DNA of 45,168 bases from an uncultured Bacteriovoracaceae bacterium (GCA_964353025.1 CAYGUN010000001.1:1-45168); one strand, 5' to 3'. Shown: positions 27,198-37,054, counted from the stretch's first letter. The notes: a model not told the origin generated them from the letters alone. Program-made: numbers and translations.

Positions 27198-28859
27198 TTA
27201 CTGCCCTCTAAGTTCTCGTCTTAAAATCTTTCCCACATTTGTCTTTGGAAGATCTTCTCTAAACTCGTAAAGTTTTGGGACCTTATAGCCAGTCAAGTTT
27301 TCCTTACAAAAAGATTTTAACTCATCAACAGTTAAAGAAGTATCTTTCTTCACTACGAAAACCTTTACTATTTCACCAGACTTTTCATCTGGAACTCCAA
27401 CTGCCGCCACTTCTAATACTTTAGTATTTGTTGCAATAACATCTTCCACTTCATTAGGATAAACATTAAAGCCCGACACAAGAATCATATCTTTTTTTCT
27501 ATCAACGATTTTGAAATATCCGTCACTATCCATAAATGCGATATCCCCTGTTCTAAAAAAACCATCATCTGTCATAACAGAAGCCGTTTCTTCTGGACGA
27601 TTGTAGTACCCCTTCATAACCTGAGGTCCCTTGATACAAATCTCTCCTGTTTCGCCTTGTTCTAAAGTCTTACCATCATCATCTTTAATAACAACATCTG
27701 TCGATGGAATAGGAAGACCGATTTTCCCGTTATAATCCTTAAGAGTCATTGGATTAATACACGCTGCAGGTGAAGTCTCTGTAAGTCCATAGGCCTCAAT
27801 TAAAGGAACCCCTGTTACTTTCTTCCACTTATCCGCAACGGCACGTTGCACGGCCATACCACCACCAAGAGCAACTTTAAGATGTGAAAAATCTAATGCT
27901 TGAAAATCTGGATTATTTACTAAAGCGTTAAATAAAGTATTAACTCCTGTAAAAGCTGAAAATTTCCATTTAGATAACTCTTTAACAAATCCAGGAATAT
28001 CTCTTGGGTTTGTTATTAAAACATTAAGTGCTCCAACTGAGTTGAAGATTAAGCAATTCGCTGTCAGTGAGAAAATATGATAAAGAGGCAGAGGAGTGAT
28101 AATAATCTCTTGGCCATCTTTAATATTATTTTTAATCCACTCTTTTGCTTGCAATACATTGGCGATTATATTTGCATGAGTTAACTCTGCACCTTTTGAA
28201 ACACCTGTTGTTCCACCAGTATATTGTAAAAAAGCCGTGTCTTCATGAGTAGTCTCTACTGGAGTAAACTTAGACTCATCTCCTAAATTTAATGCCTCCT
28301 TAAAAAAATGAAATTTTTCGATTTTATAAGCAGGAACCATTTTCTTAACGTACTTAAGAACAAAATTGACGATCAGATTTTTTGGAAATTTAAGCATATC
28401 CCCAATTTCAGTAACAATAACATTCTTTACTGGAGTTTTAGCAAGAACAGTTTCAAGACAATGAGCTGAGTTTGCAAAAATGATAATTGTTTCTGCTCCC
28501 GAATCTTTAAGCTGATGCTCAAGCTCTCTGGCCGTATAAAGTGGATTTACATTAACTGCAATTAATCCCGCTCTTTGGATGGCAAAAAGTGCTATTGGAT
28601 ACTGAAGAATATTGGGCATCATCAGAGCAACACGTGCCCCTTTTTTTAGGCCAAGCGTATTTTGTAAGTAACTGGCAAATTTTTGGCTTAAATGATCAAT
28701 GTCACCATAAGAAAGTGTTGTACCCATATTATGAAAGGCAGGTCTGTCTTTAAATTTAACAAACGTTTGCTCCAAGATATCAGCAATACTTTTATATGTG
28801 TTCATATCAATTTCACTACGTACACCTTTGTCGTAATGTTTAATCCAGGGCTTTTCCAT
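27198..28859 (-). CDS. fadD: Long-chain-fatty-acid--CoA ligase
   Basis: AMP-binding signature YTGGTTGVSKGA, plus GYGLTE-like EAYGLTETS and TGDIAFMDSDGYFKIVDRKKD. The start is assigned to the second ATG (MEKPWIKHYD), which is preceded by GAGGAG. Confidence 0.9.
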   Translation of the reverse strand: MEKPWIKHYDKGVRSEIDMNTYKSIADILEQTFVKFKDRPAFHNMGTTLSYGDIDHLSQKFASYLQNTLGLKKGARVALMMPNILQYPIALFAIQRAGLIAVNVNPLYTARELEHQLKDSGAETIIIFANSAHCLETVLAKTPVKNVIVTEIGDMLKFPKNLIVNFVLKYVKKMVPAYKIEKFHFFKEALNLGDESKFTPVETTHEDTAFLQYTGGTTGVSKGAELTHANIIANVLQAKEWIKNNIKDGQEIIITPLPLYHIFSLTANCLIFNSVGALNVLITNPRDIPGFVKELSKWKFSAFTGVNTLFNALVNNPDFQALDFSHLKVALGGGMAVQRAVADKWKKVTGVPLIEAYGLTETSPAACINPMTLKDYNGKIGLPIPSTDVVIKDDDGKTLEQGETGEICIKGPQVMKGYYNRPEETASVMTDDGFFRTGDIAFMDSDGYFKIVDRKKDMILVSGFNVYPNEVEDVIATNTKVLEVAAVGVPDEKSGEIVKVFVVKKDTSLTVDELKSFCKENLTGYKVPKLYEFREDLPKTNVGKILRRELRGQ

Positions 28860-28968
28860 CGTAACTCCTCTCATAGCGTTATATTCAAACTAAATGTAAA
28901 TTATTTTTATAATTCTCTAGGCAAAAGGTACAGAAAAATTCACTTAAAACCAACCTATATCATTATTT

Positions 28969-30357
28969 CTATTTCACTTTGCGTTGCAAAAATAGTGCTG
29001 GGAACAGCAGTTGCAACGTTTTACTCAGCAGCAAAACTACAAATGTGGCAAAAATACCAATATAAAGTTCATCTATATCAACCATGGGATTAAATCGCCA
29101 AAATGTCGTTCCAATCACACCAGCACCAACCATCCAACTAAATTCATTATCTGAAATTTTACCAGGGAAAATATATCCCATCATAACAGGAAATAGTAAG
29201 CAAGAAGCAGAGTAACTCCCGAGCGTTTTCCAAATACTTTTAATATTGCCTTCAAAAATGGTGGCCATGACAAAAGTAATAAATCCAACAAATAAAACTC
29301 CCATGACTTGGTTTGTTTTAATAAATTTCTTAGTTGGGAAAAAATCAAAACTTAAAGTATTACTTGCAATAAAAATATAAGAGTCAATAGTTGAAACAAT
29401 TGTTGCGACAAGGCCTGCTATAAAAAAACCTCTCAGACCATCTGGTAATATAGATAAACTATAAGTTAAGTAAGCTTCAGTGGACTTTGCTTCTGGCATC
29501 GCGGCCCTTGCATACATCCCACCTAAGCTAGTACAAATATCAAAACAGAACCAAATGAGAGTAGAGATGAAAATGCCTTTTTTAGCAACTTGAGGAGACT
29601 TTGCGGCAAAGCATCGTTGATAAAAATTAGGGTCTACTAAAGTCGAAAGTGCAATAAAACCCCAGACACAAACTTCCCAAAAGCTATCTTTACCTAGGAC
29701 TTCAAAGTGGGTTGAAGGAAGATTTTGTTCAAGAAAATTGATTCCCCCAAACTTAGTATAAGAGTAGAAAACAACAAAAAGAACACTTGAGCACATAACA
29801 AAAAATTGGACCACGTCTGATAAAACAACCGCCCGAAAACCTCCAAAAATACAATAAAAGCAAACGATACTTAGGGATAGGAATATTGAGACTTCAAAAG
29901 ACAATCCAAAAAAAGTTTGAACTAATAGCCCCAAACTGATGGCATAAACGACAGGTACTACATTAAAAAAATTAAAAATAGCGGCAATAACCCGGGCCTT
30001 TTGACCAAACATTTTCCCTACCAGGTCAGGCAAAGTTGTCGCATGAAAAGAATGAATTTTATCCACGAGTAATAAGGCAAATATAATATAAGTGACATAC
30101 CAAAAAATACCTTGAGTCACAAAATTGAATATTCCCTTTTCAAAAGCAATTTGAGTGACCCCAAAAATCCCCCCATACCAAGTAGCAACTAAGGTCATTG
30201 TAAAAAAAGGCAATGTAAGCTGCCTTCCCATTAAAAGATAATCAATAAAAGTATCGACTGCTTTTGTTTTCATTCTCATATGTCCATAAATAATGGCCAT
30301 AATCGTGATAATAACGGTTGAAGAAAAAACAATTATATCCAGATTTGATAAAAGCAT
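28969..30357 (-). CDS. Sodium:solute symporter family transporter
   Basis: 462 aa with about 12-13 TM helices. SSF-like N-terminus (YLLMGRQLTLPFFTMTLVATWYGG). AAGGAG RBS. Substrate not assignable. Confidence 0.75.
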   Translation of the reverse strand: MLLSNLDIIVFSSTVIITIMAIIYGHMRMKTKAVDTFIDYLLMGRQLTLPFFTMTLVATWYGGIFGVTQIAFEKGIFNFVTQGIFWYVTYIIFALLLVDKIHSFHATTLPDLVGKMFGQKARVIAAIFNFFNVVPVVYAISLGLLVQTFFGLSFEVSIFLSLSIVCFYCIFGGFRAVVLSDVVQFFVMCSSVLFVVFYSYTKFGGINFLEQNLPSTHFEVLGKDSFWEVCVWGFIALSTLVDPNFYQRCFAAKSPQVAKKGIFISTLIWFCFDICTSLGGMYARAAMPEAKSTEAYLTYSLSILPDGLRGFFIAGLVATIVSTIDSYIFIASNTLSFDFFPTKKFIKTNQVMGVLFVGFITFVMATIFEGNIKSIWKTLGSYSASCLLFPVMMGYIFPGKISDNEFSWMVGAGVIGTTFWRFNPMVDIDELYIGIFATFVVLLLSKTLQLLFPALFLQRKVK

Positions 30358-30435
30358 TAAACACTCCTTACGCTAGTATTAACTAGATCAAGTTACGGGT
30401 GTAATCTCAGCCCTGTGGGCACCCCGGGTATATTT

Positions 30436-31449
30436 TTATTCAGAGACTTGCGAACTTTCTTTTTGTTTACCTTGCTCAATTAACTCTTCTTGGGAAGTAG
30501 ATTCAGGGGTCTTCTCCAATGCCGTCGCATCTTCAAACATCTGATCCAATTCTCCAAGTTCTTTATCTACCAAGTCATCAAAGGCCTCTTCTGGCCATTT
30601 ATCAACTTCTAAGTTTGAGCCAATTTTCTGTGCGGCCCGACAAGCATAAACATTATTTTTGGCGCATACAATGTTAAGAACATTAATGGCTTCCCAAGTC
30701 TTACCGCTAGCTTTTAAAGCTGCAGCAGAAGCAATACAACCATTATTATTTCCAAGTGAGCATGACTTGTTCGCATACTTTTGGGCCATTTCAATATTAA
30801 TTTTTCTCATAAATGAGATACTTAAAAAATAACACGCCTCTGAGTCATTGTTTACCATACAGGTATTAATAAGTTCATCATTCGTCCTATTTTGATAAAA
30901 AACATACTTAACCTTAGTAAGAATATGTTCTTTATCAGCGGCTCCCCAGACTCTAGAATCCACTGAATAATCTCTGTTATCTCCTACTAAAAAATATTTC
31001 CCCGAAGGTAGGATCATTTGTTTAAAACTCTTATTCGTATCAATATTAAAATCATGAAGAATATAGTGTTCAATATTTCCTGTTTTTGTTTTTAGTAATT
31101 TAACCTCAGCTTTTTGAAGTTTCTCACTCAATATGTTCTTAGGATCAAAGTCATTAACAGTATTTTCCTCAAAGACCTCTCCATTTACATATAGTTTCCA
31201 ATCGCGCCCCTCAATAAACTGCCCCATGCCAATGGCCACAATTCTTTTAAGATAAGTCATTTGTTCATTTAATGGATATTTAAAGAAAACAATATCACCA
31301 ACTGAATAATCAATGGAGGGCCCTGTCCAAATAAAATCACCCGCATTAATGGAGGGAGACATTCCTTCACTTGGAACAATTTTGAAATTATTTTCTTCGG
31401 AATAAGAAAACCTAAGCAGTATAAAAAATATTATAAAGATAACTTTCAT
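30436..31449 (-). CDS. S26 signal-peptidase-I-like domain fused to Cys-rich Hcp/Sel1-like repeats and an acidic tail
   Basis: N-terminal anchor. S26 box D (YLKRIVAIG) and box E (GDNRDYSVDSRVWG) are present, but box B reads GMSPSINAGD where SMxPTLxxGD is expected. The C-terminal half has two C-x7-C units (CSLGNNNGC, CAKNNVYAC) like Helicobacter Hcp/Sel1 repeats, followed by a Glu/Asp-rich tail. Confidence 0.7.
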   Translation of the reverse strand: MKVIFIIFFILLRFSYSEENNFKIVPSEGMSPSINAGDFIWTGPSIDYSVGDIVFFKYPLNEQMTYLKRIVAIGMGQFIEGRDWKLYVNGEVFEENTVNDFDPKNILSEKLQKAEVKLLKTKTGNIEHYILHDFNIDTNKSFKQMILPSGKYFLVGDNRDYSVDSRVWGAADKEHILTKVKYVFYQNRTNDELINTCMVNNDSEACYFLSISFMRKINIEMAQKYANKSCSLGNNNGCIASAAALKASGKTWEAINVLNIVCAKNNVYACRAAQKIGSNLEVDKWPEEAFDDLVDKELGELDQMFEDATALEKTPESTSQEELIEQGKQKESSQVSE

Positions 31450-31469
31450 TCACACATAAGAGAATAGTT

Positions 31470-31994
31470 CTATTTTCTGTAGACTGGCTCTTTACCAACA
31501 ATTCTTTGCTTCCACGCCCTCACATCATCTGAGAGATAATCATATTTCATATCTCCAAGCGTATATTGAGCAAATTCATAATCGTTAGAGTGAGTCAAAC
31601 ACTCAGTGGGGCACACAGTGGTACATAGTCCGCAATAGCAACATAGTGCTGTATCAATTACATATTGAGTAAGAACTTGTCTCATGGGAGTTCCATCATC
31701 AGTTTTTGGAACTTCTTGATCTGCTGCTCTCTTGTCCGATGAAATATAAATACAATCAACAGGACAAGCAATGGCACACATATTACATGAAATGCAATTA
31801 TCTACATCATTAAAAAGCCTCATTCTGGCCTTCTCTGGAAGAACTTCTCTTACTTCTGGGTACTCAATAGTAACAACTTTATTTCCCCATACGTAGCGGA
31901 AAGTAATCCACATACCTTTGGCAGTCGAACTAACTCCTTCCCAAATGGCATGAAAATATTCTTTAATAGAAACTGTTTCTACATTAGTGCTCAT
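31470..31994 (-). CDS. nuoI: NADH-quinone oxidoreductase subunit I
   Basis: 174 aa. Two 4Fe-4S ferredoxin motifs (CISCNMCAIACP, CCYCGLCTTVCP). ATGA overlap with nuoD. Confidence 0.9.
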   Translation of the reverse strand: MSTNVETVSIKEYFHAIWEGVSSTAKGMWITFRYVWGNKVVTIEYPEVREVLPEKARMRLFNDVDNCISCNMCAIACPVDCIYISSDKRAADQEVPKTDDGTPMRQVLTQYVIDTALCCYCGLCTTVCPTECLTHSNDYEFAQYTLGDMKYDYLSDDVRAWKQRIVGKEPVYRK

Positions 31995-33166
31995 CGGTCA
32001 ACCTCACCTAAGACGATATCAATACTTCCAATAGTCGCAACAAAGTCAGCAATTAATTGACCTGGGGCCACCTCTGGAAGCATAGACACATGGGTAAAAC
32101 ATGGGGACTTAACTTTTAATCGATAAGGAGTTTTATCTCCTTCTGAAACTAAGTGAATTCCTAACTCTCCTCTTGGGCATTCGGTTTTCATGTAAACCTC
32201 ACCTTTAGGAAGTTTTATAACTTTAGGAACTTTTCCTATAATGGGTCCACTTTCAATCCCATCAAGAACTTGACGGATAATTTTAATCGACTCAGTCATC
32301 TCTTTCATGCGAACGATATAACGAGAATAGCAATCACCAAGCACTGCACCTCTATCCCCATCTCCAACAGGTACATCAAAATCTAGCTCATTATAAATAC
32401 TATATGGGGCAATTTTACGAAGATCCCACTTAACTCCAGCAGCTCTTAGAACCGGACCGGTTGCGCCGTAAGCGTAACACATTTTTTCATCCATAATTCC
32501 AACATGGCGAGTTCTTTCTCTAAAAATTTTATTTTGTGAAACAAGAACATCATATTTTTTGAGCTCTTCTTCCATATTGTTGCAAAAACTTTTCACACGA
32601 TTAAGCTGCTCTGAATTGATATCATTCCAAACACCACCAATCCAAATATAGTTATAAAGGAGTCTTGCTCCTGATAATTCCTCAAAGAGTCTTAAGATTT
32701 TCTCCCTTTCATCAAAAGCATAAAGAAAAGGTGAAAATGCTCCCAAATCCAGCGCATAAGTTCCAAAGGCCATTAAGTGAGAAGCAATTCTTTGAAGTTC
32801 AAGAATAAGCACTCTAATATACTCAGCACGTCTCGGAACTTCCGTTCCTAACATTTTTTCTACGGCCATTGCATAAGTATGCTCTTGGCTCATAGCTGCA
32901 AGGTAATCCATTCTATCAACAAAAGGAATTATTCCTCTATAGTCGAGATGCTCAGAGTGCTTCTCCATACAACGGTGTAGGTAACCCAAATGAGGTATTG
33001 CAGCTGCAACAACCTCTGAATCAGTTTTAATTTCAACACGAAGAACACCGTGAGTGGCGGGATGCTGAGGCCCCATATTAAGAGTGAGAAGCTCTGATTT
33101 AAGTTTCTCAGTATCTTGATTTTTTGTTGGCTCAAATTTTTCGCCGCTACTTTCCCAAGTTTCCAT
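31991..33166 (-). CDS. nuoD: NADH-quinone oxidoreductase subunit D
   Basis: 391 aa. LNMGPQHPATHGVLR near the N-terminus and the terminal IDIVLGEVDR are hallmarks of the NuoD/49-kDa subunit. Confidence 0.95.
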   Translation of the reverse strand: METWESSGEKFEPTKNQDTEKLKSELLTLNMGPQHPATHGVLRVEIKTDSEVVAAAIPHLGYLHRCMEKHSEHLDYRGIIPFVDRMDYLAAMSQEHTYAMAVEKMLGTEVPRRAEYIRVLILELQRIASHLMAFGTYALDLGAFSPFLYAFDEREKILRLFEELSGARLLYNYIWIGGVWNDINSEQLNRVKSFCNNMEEELKKYDVLVSQNKIFRERTRHVGIMDEKMCYAYGATGPVLRAAGVKWDLRKIAPYSIYNELDFDVPVGDGDRGAVLGDCYSRYIVRMKEMTESIKIIRQVLDGIESGPIIGKVPKVIKLPKGEVYMKTECPRGELGIHLVSEGDKTPYRLKVKSPCFTHVSMLPEVAPGQLIADFVATIGSIDIVLGEVDR

Positions 33167-33175
33167 TTTTATCCT

Positions 33176-33754
33176 TTAGTCCTGGCCTGCATTTGTTTGA
33201 GCATCAGAAATTTTACCCTGACGTTTAGCAAACTCTCTATCAGGGAAGTTCATTTTTCCCTCAGGATTCACAATCATACCTCTATAGTACTCTTGAACTT
33301 TATAATCTTTTCTCAAAGGAAAACCTTCCCAGTCATCAGGACAAAGAATTCGTCTATGATCAGGATGGTTGTTAAAAGTCACTCCAACCATATCGTAGCA
33401 TTCTCTTTCTTGATAATTTGCCGCTGGATAAATACTTGTAATCGATTCGACACTGGCATTATTCTTGTCACTTAATCTAACCTTTAGAATAAACTCGCCT
33501 GGCTTATCAATATTAAAGATTCCAAATATATAATTAACTTCGAGATAATCAGGGTAATCAACGCCACTTATAACTTGCAGGACATTAACTCCATTTTGAA
33601 TTAAAGCTTGGCCCACTTCTTTGATCGATGAAGCTTCAACTAGAATAGAACTATCGCCAACACCATCTGCAACAGGTGCTAACACCTTAGCTCCAGCAGA
33701 GGACACTTTTGAATTTATGTAAGAGACAATTTCATTTAAATCAGTACTAGGCAT
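33176..33754 (-). CDS. nuoC: NADH-quinone oxidoreductase subunit C
   Basis: 192 aa. [33 protein letters not shown] is the conserved NuoC/30-kDa block. It overlaps nuoB by 8 nt. Confidence 0.87.
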   Translation of the reverse strand: MPSTDLNEIVSYINSKVSSAGAKVLAPVADGVGDSSILVEASSIKEVGQALIQNGVNVLQVISGVDYPDYLEVNYIFGIFNIDKPGEFILKVRLSDKNNASVESITSIYPAANYQERECYDMVGVTFNNHPDHRRILCPDDWEGFPLRKDYKVQEYYRGMIVNPEGKMNFPDREFAKRQGKISDAQTNAGQD

Positions 33755-34229
33755 GCTTCACCCACTTATCTCTTAGAAGTCTTTCATTTGCGATTTTCTT
33801 TTGTAGTGTCATGATTCCCTCAATAAGGGCTTCTGGTCTAGGTGGACAACCTGGTACATAAACGTCAACAGGCACAACTTCATCAACACCTTTTAAAACG
33901 TGATAGCCATGTTGCCAGTAAGGGCCACCTTTGTTTGAACATGATCCCATTGAAATAACATATTTGGGATCGGCCATTTGCTCATAAAGCATCTTCACTC
34001 TTGTTGCCATTTTAAAAGTAACAGTACCGGCCACAATCATTAAGTCTGCTCTTCTTGGCGTGGCCATAAAAGCTCCACAACCAAATCTTTCTAAATCGTA
34101 TTTGGATGCACCTGTTGCCATCATTTCGATCGCACAACAAGCCAGACCAAATGTCATTGGCCACAAAGAATTTTTTCTTCCCCAATTGAAGAAATCATCT
34201 AACTTTGCAAGGACAACTCCATCTTGCAT
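33747..34229 (-). CDS. nuoB: NADH-quinone oxidoreductase subunit B
   Basis: 160 aa. The cluster N2 ligand motifs [19 protein letters not shown] and VPGCPPRPE are present. GAGG RBS. Confidence 0.95.
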   Translation of the reverse strand: MQDGVVLAKLDDFFNWGRKNSLWPMTFGLACCAIEMMATGASKYDLERFGCGAFMATPRRADLMIVAGTVTFKMATRVKMLYEQMADPKYVISMGSCSNKGGPYWQHGYHVLKGVDEVVPVDVYVPGCPPRPEALIEGIMTLQKKIANERLLRDKWVKHA

Positions 34230-34383
34230 ATAAACCTCATTTTTTTTGGCTAAAAAGTCCTCTCTAACTTATCTAAGGGACTAAATTTAGTCAATAAAAG
34301 TGTCGTGATCTCATTATCTTAACAACATTATCATTGTATTAGACTCGAGGGATTATTGGAAATTTTTTTTAGATAAAATTCGT

Positions 34384-35295
34384 TTAAAAGAGATTCATTG
34401 CAAGAGGAATATCCCTGCAGCGACGGTCATAGTCTTCGAGCATTTCAGAGTATGAATTCCTCTCACTTGCTGGAGAGCGTTCTGAATTTTGAAAATAACT
34501 AATCCTTTTTTTATCATTGTCACAGGCCTTAGATAAAACAGTACGGTATTCAAAATATGCTGCTATAGGATATGGCATGCCATAAGCCGAGGAAATGAAT
34601 ACAGACTGCTCTGAGCGAAGCTTAGGGAAGCTTTTATCCAGCTTTTGCTGCTTGAGGACGTTTGTGAACCTTGAATAGTAATTCCCAACTTGGTAAAATT
34701 TTTTAATGGCAAGGTCCCTTGAAATAGTCCTTGTTTGCGCATCATAAATTTCACCGCACTGATAACGCTTAGCAACTTTGGTTGTAAAAAGCTCAGTTAG
34801 AACTTTACACTCCATCATATACGCATCTACTTCCCCACCAATCCCTTCGATTGTTGATGCCATAAACTCTTGCAGTGAAAAATTACGCTGATAGGGATTA
34901 AAATTTTCTCTATAAGAAAAATGAGTTAACTCATGGGCCAAATCCAAAACCGCATCATAGAGCCTGGAATCTTTAGCAATGTAGACAACTGACTTTTGCT
35001 CATAAACAACAGAAGCTGGCCTCCTGGGAGAAAACCTTCGAACCAATGTCGTATCTGTTAACGAACTATGCCCTGCCTTTATGACATCAAGTAATGTTCG
35101 ACCTGATTCCCCTGCTCTTTCTCTGGCCTTTTTAATAAGTCTTCGACCTGTGGTAGAGCGTTTTAGTATGTTTAAAAGCTCTCTTACGTTTTCTCTTTCA
35201 TCACCTTGATGATGCTTGTGAGTCCATATGTTATTTGAAATGGCCAATGCATTGAAAATAGGAAGTAGAAATAAGAAAAAACAGATCCGTCTCAT
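34384..35295 (-). CDS. Secreted hypothetical protein with HExxH motif (putative zinc metallopeptidase)
   Basis: Signal peptide MRRICFFLFLLPIFNALA and a single HELTH within LDLAHELTHFSY. There is no further family evidence. Confidence 0.45.
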   Translation of the reverse strand: MRRICFFLFLLPIFNALAISNNIWTHKHHQGDERENVRELLNILKRSTTGRRLIKKARERAGESGRTLLDVIKAGHSSLTDTTLVRRFSPRRPASVVYEQKSVVYIAKDSRLYDAVLDLAHELTHFSYRENFNPYQRNFSLQEFMASTIEGIGGEVDAYMMECKVLTELFTTKVAKRYQCGEIYDAQTRTISRDLAIKKFYQVGNYYSRFTNVLKQQKLDKSFPKLRSEQSVFISSAYGMPYPIAAYFEYRTVLSKACDNDKKRISYFQNSERSPASERNSYSEMLEDYDRRCRDIPLAMNLF

Positions 35296-35338
35296 ACGAA
35301 TCTATTCGTCTTGCTAGCCGCTTAAAATTAATTAATTA

Positions 35339-37054
35339 CTATTTTGTAAGTTGATAGGTAAAAATGTTCTTCTGATTAGCATCTACCGTTAAATTTCCGA
35401 GAGTCCTCTCTTCCGAGTTTCCCTGTCTGACTTTTACTACATACACTCCGTCTTTAAGATAGGTATCCAAAAGTCTTATACTTTTAGGCAAAGTTGACCA
35501 AAATCTCACATCGGCTTTTTCAGTGGCAGCAATAGCTCTTTGAGCAGCCAGATAACTTCCCATTGCTGCTAATTTTCCAGCAAAAGATTTGTCCATCTTT
35601 TTGTATATTGCATAGGCCGCAACAATTGCAGCGATGTGCTTTAGTCCAATGCGGATACCTGTCTTGGTATAGGTTGAGAAAACTCTTTCCTCAACAGCTT
35701 GAGCTGCCATATCATCGAGAGGAGCAATTAAGGGGACTATCTCTTCTTTAACTTTAGAAGTTCCTTGATAAAACGACACTATTATATCTTGAGTAACAGG
35801 AATATTTTTTACAACTGGAATCTCAAAATCAATTGAAGCAAACTCTGCACCAACTCTTCCCATAGCATGACCAAAAGCAAACTCTCCTGGATGAGCATAG
35901 GCATTTTTTGGAGTAAGTCCTAAAACTTGGATCATAAAAATAGTCAAAACATCTGAGCCAATCCTATGAACTGCAACTCGGGTACTAGGATCTTTAATAC
36001 CCTCGAGCGCTCCATGCAAACCAAAATTAATTTCCTTGGCACTCTTCCCCGCAATAACACCATCTTGGATAATAATAGAAGTGTTTGGATAGGGAGTTTT
36101 TTTGGCTTTAGTTATAATTGATTGAGATGGGCTTAATAATTTAATTTGATTTTTTAAATCTGACGCTCTCACCTTTTTTGTGAGTGAGAGAATTTTATAA
36201 TGGAGAAAGTCTTTTAAATTTTGGGACTGGCTAGTTAAGACCAAAAGAGAGTCTTTTATTTTCCAGTTAAACTTATTTTTTTCTTCTAAAAATTGTTCCG
36301 TAAAGTCTTTGCTCTTAGAATTGTATGAAACATAAGTAGAACCTAAATACTCGAGAAGGGTATTGGCATCTTTATACAGCTGCAGAGCAATTTGTTCATC
36401 ACTTCTTTTCCCCGTGGCTTCATGAATGAGGCCACCATAAACTTTTACAATAAGGTCATTTTTGTAAATAGTGTCGTATCTCGTACTTCTTTGGATATCT
36501 TGAAAAAAACTATCCCAGGCCAGAACTTGAGCACGGGCCTGAAGAAGAGCTTGTCTTCTTTTTGTTTTCTCAAGCTCATAATTGATCACTTTCTTCTCTT
36601 TAGGCCCTTCTTCAATCCGACTGCCTTGCCCTGTTTGATACATCATCAAGAAATTTAAGGATTGATAAAAATAGCTTAATGATCTTTCGAAAAGTTCACC
36701 ATCATAGATTTTGTAATTATCATTACTAACTAAACTTTTCGCTGATTTAGATAAACTCTTTGTATAATATTTTTGAGATAAATCATGGGCCTGAGAAAAA
36801 TAGAATGATGAGATCTCCCAATTACCTTTACTGTGATGAAGTTTTCCCATTTCCCACAGGTAAAGCAGTTTTGAGTCATTATCTTTTTTGATTTTTCCTT
36901 TCTCAAGTAGCTCTATGGCCTTATCATAATCGCCACTAACATAAAGTGCTTGAAGTTCCCCTCTCTCCTTTCTATTTCCTGATGCACAAGCAAACAAAAG
37001 AAAAAGGAAAAAAAGAGAGGAATATTTTTTTAAAAAGTTTTTTAAAGTGACCAT
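35339..37054 (-). CDS. Large lipoprotein with TPR-like N-terminal region (571 aa), last gene of the four-lipoprotein operon
   Basis: Lipobox LLFAC. Helical repeat-like N-terminal half and an Ala-rich helical C-terminal region. It overlaps the upstream gene by 13 nt. Confidence 0.6.
   Translation of the reverse strand: MVTLKNFLKKYSSLFFLFLLFACASGNRKERGELQALYVSGDYDKAIELLEKGKIKKDNDSKLLYLWEMGKLHHSKGNWEISSFYFSQAHDLSQKYYTKSLSKSAKSLVSNDNYKIYDGELFERSLSYFYQSLNFLMMYQTGQGSRIEEGPKEKKVINYELEKTKRRQALLQARAQVLAWDSFFQDIQRSTRYDTIYKNDLIVKVYGGLIHEATGKRSDEQIALQLYKDANTLLEYLGSTYVSYNSKSKDFTEQFLEEKNKFNWKIKDSLLVLTSQSQNLKDFLHYKILSLTKKVRASDLKNQIKLLSPSQSIITKAKKTPYPNTSIIIQDGVIAGKSAKEINFGLHGALEGIKDPSTRVAVHRIGSDVLTIFMIQVLGLTPKNAYAHPGEFAFGHAMGRVGAEFASIDFEIPVVKNIPVTQDIIVSFYQGTSKVKEEIVPLIAPLDDMAAQAVEERVFSTYTKTGIRIGLKHIAAIVAAYAIYKKMDKSFAGKLAAMGSYLAAQRAIAATEKADVRFWSTLPKSIRLLDTYLKDGVYVVKVRQGNSEERTLGNLTVDANQKNIFTYQLTK

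Noticed and set aside
30395-30429. GC-rich patch (ACGGGTGTAATCTCAGCCCTGTGGGCACCCCGGGT) between the S26-like gene and the symporter, as a possible riboswitch or terminator
   Set aside because: Only short stems are possible (GGGTG/CACCC and CCC/GGG), with no following T-run on the transcribed strand. It is too small and unspecific to call a known regulatory RNA.
31991-33166. Possibility that the isolated nuoBCDI block encodes a group 4 [NiFe]-hydrogenase
   Set aside because: The large subunit lacks the N-terminal RxCGxCxxxH and C-terminal DPCxxCxxH/R Ni-Fe ligand motifs. It has the NuoD-specific GPQHPATHGVLR and terminal LGEVDR instead.
10298-33475. Numerous track ORFs antisense to or nested in strong genes: 10298..10552, 10988..11170, 11391..11681, 13939..14244, 14186..14443, 14450..14662, 15749..15958, 17964..18248, 18798..19025, 19194..19442, 23419..23655, 24172..24357, 24471..24800, 24764..24973, 28692..29093, 32929..33135, 33116..33475. 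The same applies outside this span to 53..316, 2643..2927, 4485..4667, 5479..5688, 8173..8358, 34563..34775, 35563..35751, 36392..36658, 37505..37744, 40057..40248, 40917..41132, 41187..41408, 41476..41742 and 42911..43099.
   Set aside because: All overlap well-supported conserved genes in another frame or strand. They have low-complexity or odd composition and no motifs, so I treat them as shadow ORFs.
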